This document shows, piece after piece, positions 1 to 10,411 of a stretch of 64,000 nt of DNA; the stretch's first letter is position 1; each line of letters starts with the position of its first letter. The translations under genes and the position numbers were made by a program. The stretch is from Burkholderiales bacterium (lineage in GTDB: Bacteria > Pseudomonadota > Gammaproteobacteria > Burkholderiales > SG8-39): the NCBI GenBank assembly GCA_033582675.1, contig JAVQZY010000025.1, positions 18,850-82,849 of the forward strand, written 5' to 3'. The notes beneath the pieces are model-generated. The model searched no databases, was not told the origin of the DNA, and saw only the letters and a list, made by a program, of their open reading frames with translations.

Positions 1-58
1 TGACACCTCGCATAGCAGCGCGATCGGCGAAGTGGTCGCGCGGCACGCAGCAGGGTGA
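1..58 (+). CDS. 3' end of an upstream gene cut by the window edge; identity not determinable
   Basis: Frame 2 is open from the window start (DTSHSSAIGEVVARHAAG) to TGA 56-58, which overlaps GTG 55 of the next ORF (GTGA coupling). Confidence 0.3.
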   Translation, partial: DTSHSSAIGEVVARHAAG

Positions 59-535
59 CGCAGGCTGCGATGGCCGCGGCGAGGGTCGAATCCCTCTCGG
101 CTCGACTGCGACAAACGTTCGCTCGCGTCCTCGACGGCCTGCGCGCGGTGCGCCACCGCGACCGGCGCCGGCTTCAACTGGCGAAGGGATACCGGTGGGC
201 GTGCAGCCTCGATCTCGAAGCGCAGGTTGAGGAAGGAACACCAGAGCGGGACATGGGACTATCTCGTGCGCGCCGCAGAGCAGCGAGAGCGCAGCTTCGG
301 TGTCGAAGTGCATCCCGCCACCGCATCCGAAGTGCAAGCCGTCATCGAAAAACGAGACGCCGCCGTCCGGACGCTCGAGCGGCGCGGCTTGCGCGGCTTC
401 GTCGAAAGAGGCGACTGGTGCTGGATCGCATCCGGAAAGGTGTATTTGCGGCCAACGGATGGCGAATCTCGACGCCTCGCCAAAGCCGGCATAAGAGCTC
501 CGGTCAGGGTGCTTCGACTACCTCCCGACCGGTAG
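55..535 (+). CDS. Hypothetical protein, probably one gene split by an indel near 225
   Basis: Frame 1 ...GYRWACSLDLEAQ joins frame 2 LRKEHQSGTWDYLV...FGVEVHPATASEVQAVIEK...WCWIASGKVYL to TAG 533-535. Confidence 0.45.
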
Positions 536-549
536 GGGGCGGGTGCCCT

Positions 550-555
550 TATAAT
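550..555 (+). promoter_or_regulatory. Sigma70 -10 hexamer (TATAAT) of prfB
   Basis: Perfect TATAAT 10 nt before ATG 566, with no SD in between. Confidence 0.6.
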
Positions 556-565
556 GCGCGCGGCC

Positions 566-1673
566 ATGGAGCTCGAACGCGCAAACCAGATCGCCACCCT
601 GCTCGCCGACCTGCGCGGTCGGTCGGCCGAGCTGCGGAGGTATCTTTGACTTCGACGCAAAGCGCGCGCGCCTTGCGGAGATAGAGCGCGCGCTCGCCGA
701 TCCCCGCCTGTGGGACAACCCCCAGCGCGCGCAGGAACTCGGAAAAGAAAAAAAGGCGCTCGAAGCGGTCGTCGGCACGCTTCTGCGCGTGGACACCGGC
801 GTCGCCGATGCGGCGGAACTCCTCGAGCTCGCGCGCGCGGAGGGCGATGCGGCCGCGCTCGAGGCCGTCGGCGCCGACGCTGAGCGCCTCGCGCGCGAAG
901 TCGCCGCCCTCGAATTCCGCCGCATGTTCTCTAATCCGCTCGATCCCAACAACTGCTTCATGGACATCCAGGCGGGCGCGGGCGGCACCGAGGCGCAGGA
1001 CTGGGCGGCGATGCTGGAACGCATGTACCTTAAGTACGCGGACCGCAAAGGGTTCGAAGCCGAGATCCTCGAGCGCACCGAGGGCGAGGTGGCCGGCATC
1101 GAGGGCTGCACGATCCGCTTCGTCGGCGACTACGCCTACGGGCATTTGCGCACCGAAACCGGCGTTCACCGGCTCGTCCGGAACTCGCCGTTCGACGCGA
1201 ACGCGCGCCGGCACACCTCGTTCGCGAGCGTGTTCGTGTACCCCGAAGTGGACGACACGATCGAGGTCGAGATCAACCCGGCCGACCTGCGCATCGACGT
1301 CTTTCGCGCCTCGGGCGCGGGCGGCCAGCACGTCAACAAGACCGAGTCCGCGGTGCGCATCACGCACCTTCCTACCGGCATTGTGGTTCAGAGCCAGAGC
1401 GACCGCTCGCAGCACCGCAACCGCGCGGCCTGCATGGCGATGCTGCGCTCGCGCCTCTACGAGCTGGAGCTCAGAAAGCGCGCCGCCGAGCAGGCGAAGC
1501 TGGAAGCCGCGAAGACCGACATCGAATGGGGCCACCAGATCCGCTCGTACGTGCTCGATCAGTCGCGCATCAAGGACCTGAGGACCGGGGTCGAGAAGGG
1601 CGCCACGCAGGCGGTGCTCGACGGCGACCTCGACGACTTCATCACCGCGAGCCTCAAGCAAGGCGTGCAATGA
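566..1673 (+). CDS. prfB: Peptide chain release factor 2 with programmed +1 frameshift
   Basis: ATG 566, then in-frame TAT-CTT-TGA-C at 641-650. The +1 frame joins ORF 789..1673 with SPF and GAGGQHVN motifs. Confidence 0.97.
636..650 (+). promoter_or_regulatory. prfB autoregulatory +1 ribosomal frameshift site
   Basis: Internal SD GGAGG (636-640) followed by TAT CTT TGA C, the canonical RF2 shift cassette. Confidence 0.95.
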
Positions 1674-3157
1674 CGGAAGAAACGAACAAGCTCGTCGAGG
1701 AGCGACGCGCAAGCTCGCGGCGCTCCGCGCGAAAGGCGTCGCGTTTCCGAACGACTTCCGGCGCCGCGACACTGCCGCGAGCCTGCACGCGGCGCACGGC
1801 GCGAAAACGCGCGAGGCGCTGGAAGCCGAGGCGGTCGGCTGCGCGATCGCCGGCCGCATGATGCTGAAGCGCGTGATGGGCCGCGCGAGCTTCGCGACGC
1901 TCCAGGACGGCACCGGCCGCATCCAGATCTACGTGACGAACGACGCGACCGGCGCCGACGTGCACCAGCAGTTCAAGCACTGGGACCTCGGCGACATCGT
2001 CGGGGTGGAAGGCACGCTCTTTCGCACGAAGACCGGCGAACTGACGGTGCTCGCGAAGAAGCTTCGGCTGCTCGTCAAGTCGCTTCGGCCGCTGCCGGAA
2101 AAGTTCCACGGCCTTGCCGACCAGCGAGCTTCGGTACCGCCTGCGCTACGTGGACCTGATCGTAAACCCCGAGACGCGCCGCGTCTTCGAGATCCGCTCG
2201 AAGGTGGTGCAGGCGCTGCGCGAGGCGATGGCGGCGGACGGGTATCTCGAGGTCGAGACGCCGATGATGCAGCCGATCCCGGGCGGAGCGGTCGCACGGC
2301 CGTTTCGCACGCATCACAACGCGCTCGACATGGACCTTTACCTTCGCATCGCGCCGGAGCTCTACCTTAAGCGGCTGGTGGTGGGCGGCATGGAGCGCGT
2401 CTTCGAGATCAACCGCAACTTCCGGAACGAGGGGATCTCGACCAAGCACAACCCCGAGTTCACGATGATGGAGTGGTACTGCGCCTACGAGGACTGCGAG
2501 TACATGATCGCGCACACCGAGAAGCTCGTTCGCCATGCGGCGCAGGCGGCGCTCGGAACGACGCAGGTGACCTATCAGGGCCGCGCGCTCGACTTCGGGC
2601 GGCCGTTCGCGCGCATCTCGATCCCGGAGGCGATCCGGAAGTACGGCGACGCCGAGTGCCGGACCGCGGATTTGCGCGACCGCGCGTTCCTCGCGCGAAA
2701 GCTGGACGCCCTCGGTGTGCCGCACACCGCCGAGCAGGGCTGGGGAGCGCTTCAGCTCGTGCTCTTCGAGACGGTAGCCGAAAAACACCTCGTCGAGCCG
2801 ACCTTCGTCACCGAGTTTCCGGCCGAGGTCTCGCCGCTTGCGCGAAGGAACGACGCCGATCCCGAGGTCGCCGATCGCTTCGAGCTGTTCATAGACGCAA
2901 AGGAGATCGCGAACGGTTTTTCGGAATTGAACGACCCCGAGGACCAGGCCGAGCGATTTCGCGAGCAAGCGCGGCTGAAGGCCGCGGGCGACGACGAAGC
3001 GATGTACTACGACGCCGACTACATCCGCGCGCTCGAATACGGACTTCCGCCCACCGCTGGCGGCGGGTTGGGCGTCGATCGCCTGGTGATGCTCCTCACG
3101 GACAGCCCCTCGATCCGCGACGTGATCCTCTTTCCCCACCTGCGGCCGGAAGCGTGA
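1670..3157 (+). CDS. lysS: Lysyl-tRNA synthetase class II (two indels near 1712 and 2130, probably sequence errors)
   Basis: ATGA overlap with prfB. Motifs [56 protein letters not shown]. Confidence 0.95.
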
Positions 3158-3166
3158 CGCCCAGCG

Positions 3167-3192
3167 GTTACATCCGGTAACACACTGATACG
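3167..3192. promoter_or_regulatory. Candidate response-regulator binding site (three half-sites with 10-bp period)
   Basis: GTTACA (3167), GTAACA (3177) and GATACG (3187) upstream of the glycine-zipper gene. Confidence 0.4.
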
Positions 3193-3258
3193 GGCGCGCG
3201 TCGGCGGCGCGCCTGGCTTGCGCGTTCTTCGCGGCGCATTCCGCGAAAGGAGAACGCC

Positions 3259-4071
3259 ATGGAACATGCGCAACGACTTCATCCGCTCCTTGCCGCAGCC
3301 GCCGCCTCGGTGATCGTCGTGTCCGCGGCCGGCACCGCGGCGATCACCGGTTTTCTGCCGCGCTCGAACGTGAACGCAAGCGCCGAAACTGCCGCCGCCC
3401 AGAGCGCCGCAGCGACTTCGCCCGCGACCCCGCTCGCGACGATGCCTGCGGCAGCCGCGCCAGCGCAACGCGCCGCCGCGCTCGCAGCCGCCGACGGAGC
3501 GCCTTCGCCGAGGATCGCGGCGAGGACCGCCGCGCAGCCGGTCGCAAAAGTGCGCGCCGCAGAGCCTGCGCGCGCAGCCGCGAGCGAACCGCGCGAGGCC
3601 GCCTCGGCAACCGTGCCGCAACCGTCCGCACACCGCCAGAGCAGCGAAGCCGAGGTCGCGCAGCCCGCGCCTCGGTCCGTAACGCAGCCCCTTCCCGCGC
3701 ACGGCGAACCGGTCGCGGCGAAGGCCCCGTGTCCCGACTGCGGCGTGATCGAAGCGGTGCGCGCGATCGAGCAGCCGGGCGAAGGCTCCTGGATCGGCAC
3801 CGTCGCAGGCGGCGTCGGCGGCGCGGTGCTGGGGAGCCAGTTCGGGAAGGGCAGCGGCCGCACGATCATGACCGTCCTCGGCGCAGCAGGCGGCGCCTAC
3901 GCCGGCCGCGAAATCGAAAAGCGGATCCGCACCACCACGCGCTGGGAAGTCACGGTGCGAATGGATGACGGCGCACGCCGCACCGTGCTCTACAACACCG
4001 AACCCGCATGGCGCCCAGGCGAGCGCATGCGCCTTCGGGACGGAACGATCGAGCCGCTGCCGCGAGCGTAA
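3259..4071 (+). CDS. Glycine zipper 2TM domain envelope protein with Ala/Pro-rich linker
   Basis: SD AAGGAG, N-terminal hydrophobic segment, CPDCGVIEAVR, GTVAGGVGGAVLGSQFGKGSGR...GAAGGAYAG zipper. Confidence 0.85.
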   Translation: MEHAQRLHPLLAAAAASVIVVSAAGTAAITGFLPRSNVNASAETAAAQSAAATSPATPLATMPAAAAPAQRAAALAAADGAPSPRIAARTAAQPVAKVRAAEPARAAASEPREAASATVPQPSAHRQSSEAEVAQPAPRSVTQPLPAHGEPVAAKAPCPDCGVIEAVRAIEQPGEGSWIGTVAGGVGGAVLGSQFGKGSGRTIMTVLGAAGGAYAGREIEKRIRTTTRWEVTVRMDDGARRTVLYNTEPAWRPGERMRLRDGTIEPLPRA

Positions 4072-4086
4072 GCCAGCGCGCCGAGC

Positions 4087-4122
4087 GGGCCGGGCCCTGT
4101 TCCTGGGTGCGGGGCCCGGCCC
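4087..4122 (+). terminator. GC-rich hairpin after the glycine-zipper gene (possible terminator)
   Basis: GGGCCGGGCCC (4087-4097) pairs with GGGCCCGGCCC (4112-4122). Only TT follows, so the U-tract is weak. Confidence 0.35.
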
Positions 4123-4469
4123 TTGCGCGCCTGCGCCGCCCATCGCGCAATCGTGCCTTTTACGCGCTGCGCCGGCCGCCGGCCGGGCGCCGGGCCGCGC
4201 GCTTCGCTTCACAGGTGCACTCGCGCGATTCTGACTGCGTTTCGCAATACGCGCCACGATCCGACGCTCTTGCTCCTCGTTCGGACGACTGACGCGGCGC
4301 CGAAGAACCGATCGTCGACATAACCCATCGACCGGTCGGGCGTTGACGCGGACCGGTGGCGGGACGAAACTCGTCGGACGGAGATTTTCCGCGACACTGC
4401 GATGGCGCGCACCGCGATCTCAGATGCGCGACAATCGGAGGCAACGGCAGACGTACCAGCGAGGTAAAC

Positions 4470-4674
4470 ATGGAACTGACCGCAGTACTTACTCCTGCTG
4501 AAGAAGGCGGCTTCGTCGCTTTGAATCCCGAGACGGACCACGACCCAGGGCGAAACGGTAGAAGAAGCAATCGCCAACCTCCAGGAGGCGACTTCCCTGT
4601 ACCTGTCCGAGTTTCCGATGAAAGCCAAAGGCCGTCCCCTCGTGACCATGTTCTCGATCCCCGAAAATGCCTAA
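4470..4674 (+). CDS. hicB: HicB-family antitoxin, short form (indel near 4537)
   Basis: SD GAGG. MELTAVLTPAEEGGFVALNPET / TTTQGETVEEAIANLQEATSLYLSE is the HicB signature. Stop overlaps the hicA start. Confidence 0.85.
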
Positions 4675-4883
4675 GTTGCCTCGAATCTCGGGCGCCGAGG
4701 CGTTGCGCGCGCTCGAGCGCCTGGGGTTCGAGAAGGTCGCGGCAAAAGGGAAGCCATGTGGTCATGCGACGCGGCGCCAAGGGCTGTGTCGTTCCTATTC
4801 ATCCGGAGCTCAAGGCCGGTACCTTGGCCGGTGTCCTCCGGCAAGCCGAGGTCTCCCCGGAAGAGTTCATCGCAGCTCTGTAA
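4667..4883 (+). CDS. hicA: HicA-family mRNA interferase toxin (indel near 4740)
   Basis: MPKLPRISGAEALRALERLGF / RQKGSHVVM...VVPIHPELKAGTLAGVLRQA, with the catalytic GSH motif. Confidence 0.88.
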
Positions 4884-5172
4884 GAAGCGTTAGCCGACCT
4901 CGCGATCGGCGAAGGCGACCAACTGCATTACCGCCGTCGGGTACGCGGCGAGTCTCGGGCGCCGGCGCTTGCGGCGCTGAAACCCTTACCAAGGAACGCG
5001 GACTCGTCACCGAAAGCGGCTGCCCGGTTTTGCTCGTGCCGCGCCGGCGGCTCCTTCGAAGGAGATCGAAGCGTTGTAAGGGTCGAGCCCGGATCGAAGA
5101 AGCGCGGATCCTCGGCTCGACAAAACGGCTTCGATTATCATCCCGGCGTTGACCCAACCGCCGCTCACCTGC

Positions 5173-6080
5173 ATGGCGATACCCGACTTTCAGACGTTGA
5201 TGCTCCCGCTGCTACGCCTTCTGAGCGACGGCCAGGAACGTTCCCTAGCCGAAGTAGTGGATCTCATCGCCCAGCACTTCGGCCTGAGCGACGAAGAACG
5301 CCATAAGCTTTTGCCCAGCGGCAGGCGTACCGTCATCCGCGACCGCGTCCATTGGGCAAAGACGTACTTGACGCGGGCTGGGTTGATCGAGTCGACTCGG
5401 CGAGGATTTTTCCGCCTTTCGAGCCGCGGATTCGAGGTCCTCAAATCCGATCCGGAGCGCGTGGATGTGCAGTTTCTGGACCAGTTCCCCGAGTTTCGCG
5501 CGTTCCGAGCGCCACGCCACGAGCGATCGGACGAAAACGCCACATCGAGCCCGGGAACCGAGGCGACGCCCGAGGAAGCGCTCGAAAGTGCGATCAGCGC
5601 GTGCGAAGCACGCTGGAAACCGAACTCCTCGAGCGCATCAAGGCGGCCTCGCCCGCTTTTTTCGAGCGGCTCGTGGTCGAACTTCTCGTCGCCATGGGCT
5701 ATGGCGGCAGCTTGCGGGATGCAGGCCAGGCGGTCGGCCGTAGCGGCGACGGCGGGATAGACGGAATCATCAAGGAGGACCGTCTCGGCCTGGACGTGCT
5801 GTACGTTCAGGCCAAGCGCTGGGATGCCCCTGTGGGACGCCCGGAGATACAGAAGTTCGTCGGCGCCCTTCAAGGGCATCGTGCGCGCAAGGGCGTTTTT
5901 ATCACCACGTCGTCCTTCACGAAGGAAGCGGAAGAGTACGTCCGGGTGATCGACAGCAAGATTGTGCTCGTCGACGGCCAGACGCTTGCGGCGCTGATGA
6001 TCGACCACAACGTGGGCGTCGCTCCGGTGCGAGCGTACGAGCTGAAGCGGATCGACTCGGATTACTTCAGCGAAGAGTGA
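5173..6080 (+). CDS. mrr: Mrr type IV restriction endonuclease (indel near 5592)
   Basis: MAIPDFQTLMLPLL N-terminus, WAKTYL, FFERLVVELLVAMGYG, SGDGGIDGII, YVQAKRW, KRIDSDYF. Confidence 0.92.
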
Positions 6081-6143
6081 CGCATAACAGCTCCGCCTCA
6101 ACGCGAGCTCGAGGTGCGGATAACGCGCGCAGGGTGCGCACCC

Positions 6144-6365
6144 TTGAAACGCCGCATCGCCCTTCAGAAGACCCCAAAAGGGTATGCCGTCTGGGTGCCG
6201 GCGATGCCCGGTCGCTGGTCGCAAGGCGCGACGCAGCGGGAATCTCTGGAAAACATCCGGGCAGCCATCCGCGAACACCTCACCGTCGAGATAGAGACGG
6301 CGCAGGACGGGATGTTCCGAGACCCGGGTCCGAGGCGTCATCCCGCGCCGCTTCTCCCTACCTGA
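6144..6365 (+). CDS. Orphan, probably degenerate HicB-like antitoxin
   Basis: GYAVWVPAMPGRWSQGATQRESLENIRAAIREHL matches the HicB pattern VPxLPGCxSQGxTxxEALENI. TTG start, no adjacent second hicA. Confidence 0.6.
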   Translation: MKRRIALQKTPKGYAVWVPAMPGRWSQGATQRESLENIRAAIREHLTVEIETAQDGMFRDPGPRRHPAPLLPT

Positions 6366-7160
6366 AAAGCTCCGGGACGCGATACCGCCGCGGGATCATC
6401 CCCTGGCGCCAGACGCAGTCGAGCGCGGCCTCCAGGTTCGCGCGGTTCTCTTCTATGCCGAACGGATTCATCGGCGGGTTGCCCGCGGCGGCGCGGCTCT
6501 CGCGGAGGAGCGCGTAGAGGTCGGCCGCCTCTTCGTCCGAGACGGTGTCTTTCACGACCACCATGTGATTGATCTGCACGCTCGCGCCGGTTCTTGCGCG
6601 CCAGGCGCGCGCTGCCGCCTCCGGGTCGGGAACGACCGGGCGAAGATCCGCATCCTGCGGCAGCTCGCCCACGATCGCGGCATCGAGCGCGCCCTCGCGC
6701 AGCATCGCGAGCATGTCGGCGCCTTCGGGCGCCCGCTCGACGTTCGGGGGATTGCGGTATTCGGCCACATGCGGCTCTTCGAAGGTCACCCAGCGAACCC
6801 GCGCGGGATCTACGCCGAAGTCCTCGGCGAGGATGCCGCGCACCCAGGTGGCGGTGGTCACCGTGTGCGCGAGCGCTCGCCGACGCGCTTTCCTTCCAGA
6901 TCGCGCGGACGCAGCCCCCGGGCGCTCACGAGGTAAGGGTGCTGAAAGCGCGCGGTGAGCACCGCAGGCAAAAGCCGAAGCGGCTTTCCGTGCGCGCGCG
7001 CAAGGAGAAAAGTGACGAGCGCGAGTTCCGCCAGATCGAACTCGAGGTCGCGAACGACCCGCTTGAACGCGGTGTGCGGGACCGCCACGTCGGCGAACTC
7101 GAGCGGCGCCCGCGCGCGGAAAAGGCGCGTGATCGGGTAGTCGCCGACGAGCGCTTTCAC
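6358..7160 (-). CDS. 4,5-dihydroxyphthalate decarboxylase-like protein of periplasmic-binding fold (indel near 6865)
   Basis: GTG overlaps the upstream stop. AFKRVVRDLEFDLAELALVTFL, DLEGKRVG, VTTATWVRGIL, INHMVVV, PFGIEENR. Confidence 0.7.
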
Positions 7161-7854
7161 CCCTCGGGCGGCGAATCGAGGTAGCGCAGGCCCTTTTCCG
7201 CGAGCGCGGCGCGCATGCCGTAGATGTCGAGGCTGAGTTCCCCCTTCTTCAGCCGCTCGCGAACGGCCGCTTCCTTCTTTTCCCGCTCCTCGCCCGCCGC
7301 GGCCACCTTCGCCGCCTGCTCGCGCGCGACCACGACGACGCCGTCGTCGTCCGCGACGACGACGTCGCCCGGCTCGACCAGCACGCCCGCGCAGACGACC
7401 GGCACGTTCACCGCGCCGAGCGTCGCCTTGACCGTGCCGCGCGCCGAGATCGCCCGCGACCCAGACCGGAAATCGCATGTCGGTGATCTCGGCCGCGTCG
7501 CGGCAGCCCATGTCGAGGACGACGGCTTTCGCGCCGCGCGGCGGCGAGCGCGGTCGCGAGCAGCTCGCCGAACGCGCCGTCGGAGTTCTCGCTCGTACAG
7601 GCGGCAACGAGCACGTCGCCCGGCCGTACCATCTCGACCGCGACGTGGATCATCCAGTTGTCGCCCGGCGGGCAGAGCGCGGTGACGGCGCTTCCGGCGA
7701 TGCGCGCGCCGCGCCACAGCGGCCGCATGTAGGGCGCCATCAGGCCCGTTCGGCCCTGCGCTTCGTGCACGGTGGCGACTCCCAGGCGCTCGAGCGCCGC
7801 GATCGCGGCGGGCTCTGCGCGCGCGATGTTTCGCACCGCGATTCCCGTCGTCAT
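7157..7854 (-). CDS. ligK: 4-carboxy-4-hydroxy-2-oxoadipate aldolase, RraA/HMG aldolase family (indels near 7545 and 7460)
   Basis: [59 protein letters not shown]. Confidence 0.85.
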
Positions 7855-7868
7855 CGTCTTTCTCCCTC

Positions 7869-9058
7869 TCAGTGCACGCGCTCGAAGATCGCGGCGATGC
7901 CCTGCCCGCCGCCGATGCACATGGTGACGAGCGCGTAGCGTTTCTGCGTGCGCTGCAGTTCGTAAAGCGCCTTCACCGCGAGGATCGCGCCGGTCGCGCC
8001 GATCGGGTGGCCGAGGGCGACCGCCCCGCCGTTCGGGTTGACCTTCGCCGGATCGAGCCCGAGGTCCTTCGTCACCGCCATCGCCTGCACCGCGAACGCT
8101 TCGTTCGATTCGATCACGTCCATGTCCTCGGGTCGAAGCCCCGACTTCTGCGGAAGACGCGCCTCACCGCAGGGATGGGCCCGAGGCCCATCAGCTGCGG
8201 CTCGACGCCCGCGTGCGAATAGGCGACCAGCCGCGCCATCGGCCGGATGCCTTCGCGCGCGGCGGCCGTCGCCTCCATCAGCACCACCGCGGCTGCGCCG
8301 TCGTTGATGCCGGAGGCGTTCGCCGCGGTGACCGTGCCGTCCTTCTTGAAGACCGGCCGCAGCTTCGCCATGTCTTCCAGCTTTGCGTCCTTTCGCACAT
8401 GCTCGTCGGTCACGAAGAGCTCGGTGCCTTTCTTTCCCTTCACCTCGACCGGAACGATCTGCTCGCGAAAATACCCGCGCTCGATCGCCGCCGCCGCGCG
8501 CCGGTGCGATTCGAGCGCAAAAGCGTCCTGCTCTTCGCGCGTGAAGCCATACTTCGCCGCGATGTTTTCCGCGGTCACCCCCATGTGGCCGTGGCCGAAG
8601 GGGTCGTGAAGCGCCGCGGTCATCGCATCCACCACGCCCGCATCGCCCATCCGCTGGCCCCAGCGCGCCGACGGAAGGAAGTAGGCCGCGCGGCTCATGC
8701 TCTCGGCGCCGCCTGCGACCGCGACCTCGACGTCGCCCAGCTGAATGTGCTGCGCCGCCGAGACGATCGCCTGTAGCCCCGAGCCGCAAAGGCGATTGAC
8801 CGTGAGGCAGGGCGTACCCACCGGCAGCCCCGCTTCGATCGCGGCGACGCGCGACAAATACATGTCCCGCGCCTCGCCGTGGATGACGCTTCCCATCACC
8901 ACATGGCCGATTCGCGCCGGGTCCACCCTTGCGCGCGCCACCGCCTCGCGGATCACGATCGCGCCCAGCCGCGTCGGCGGCACGTCCTTCAGCGAGCCGC
9001 CGTAGTCGCCGATCGCGGTGCGCGCGCCCGCCACCACCACCACTTCTAGCGTGTTCAT
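7869..9058 (-). CDS. bktB: Beta-ketothiolase BktB (indel near 8155)
   Basis: [34 protein letters not shown]. Lies directly after rimO in a PHA cluster. Confidence 0.88.
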
Positions 9059-10411
9059 ACCAGTCTCCCGTAAAGGTCGTGATCGTCGGGATCCTTCGAC
9101 GAGCACCTCGGCGAATTCGCCGGGCCGCCCGCCGGCAAAGCGCACCACACCGTCGATTTCCGGCGCATCGGCCGAAGAGCGCCCGACCCCCGGCGCATCG
9201 ACGAGTACGCGGATCGTGCGGCCGATTTTACGCGCGAGCTTCTCGCGGCTCACCGCCGCCTGCACTTCCATCAAGCGGCGTCGGCGCTCTTCCTTCACTT
9301 CCTCCGGCACCGGATCGGGAAGCGCGTTCGCTGCCGCGCCCTCGACCGGCGAATACGCAAAGCAGCCGACGCGGTCGAGTTGCGCTTCGCGCAGGAACTC
9401 GAGCAGCGCCTCGAACTCAGCCTCGGTCTCGCCCGGGAAGCCGACGATGAAGCTGCTGCGGATCGCGATCTCCGGGCAGATCGCCCGCCAGGCGCGGATG
9501 CGCGCGAGGTTGTCCTCGGCATCGGCCGGACGGCGCATGAGGCGCAGGATCCGGGGGCTTGCGTGCTGAAACGGCACGTCGAGATACGGAAGGAGCCGCC
9601 CCTCGGCCATGAGCGGGATCAATTCGTCCACGTGCGGGTACGGGTAGACGTAATGCAGCCGCACCCAGACCCCGAGGCTCGCGAGCGCTGCGCAGAGGTC
9701 TTTGAGCCGCGTCTTTACCGGCCGACCGTTCCAGAAGCCGGTGCGATACTTCACGTCGAGACCGTAGGCGCTCGTGTCCTGCGCGATGACGAGCAGTTCC
9801 TTCACGCCCGCGCGCACGAGGTTTTCGGCCTCGCGCAACACCTCGCCCACCGGCCGCGAAACGAGCGGCCCGCGCATCGACGGAATGATGCAGAACGTGC
9901 AGCGGTGGTTGCACCCTTCCGCGATCTTGAGATACGCGTAGTGCGGGGGCGTCAACCGCACGCCCTGCGGCGGAACGAGATCGACGAAGGGATCGTGCGA
10001 GCGCGGCAGGTGCGCGTGCACCGCGCGCATCACGCCCGCGAGGTCGTGCGGGCCGGTGACCGCGAGCACCTGCGGGTGCGCGGCGCGAACGACGTCCGCC
10101 TTCGCCCCGAGGCAGCCGGTGACGACGACGCGGCCGTTTTCGGCGAGCGCCTCGCCGATCGCCGAAAGCGACTCCTCGACCGCTTCGGTCAGGAACCCGC
10201 AGGTGTTGACGATGACGAGATCGGCGCCGGCGTAGTCGGACGCGGTCTCGTAGCCCTCGGCGCGAAGCTGCGTGAGGATGCGCTCGGAATCGACGAGCGC
10301 CTTCGGGCAGCCGAGCGAGACAAAGCCGACGCGCGGCGCACCGGCGCGGCGCGCCGCGCGCGCGCTACTTTCCGTCGCCCTCGGGCTTGTTTTGCTGCTG
10401 CGGCGGGGCAA
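9055..10411 (-). CDS. rimO: Ribosomal protein S12 methylthiotransferase (start uncertain; indel near 9089 falsely fuses it to bktB)
   Basis: [19 protein letters not shown], radical SAM motif [21 protein letters not shown]. The corrected C-terminus [10 protein letters not shown] overlaps the bktB ATG. Confidence 0.93.

Noticed and set aside
81-98. GAGGGTCGAATCCCTCTC resembles a tRNA T-arm or att site
   Set aside because: It lacks one T of TTCGA, is inverted relative to tRNA-Ser at 30334, has no acceptor stem or integrase, and lies inside a probable CDS.
8114-10411. Apparent 765-aa RimO-thiolase fusion in the ORF track
   Set aside because: One extra base near 9089 bypasses the rimO stop. The corrected frame ends at an ATGA overlap with bktB, which has its own SD-like GGAG.
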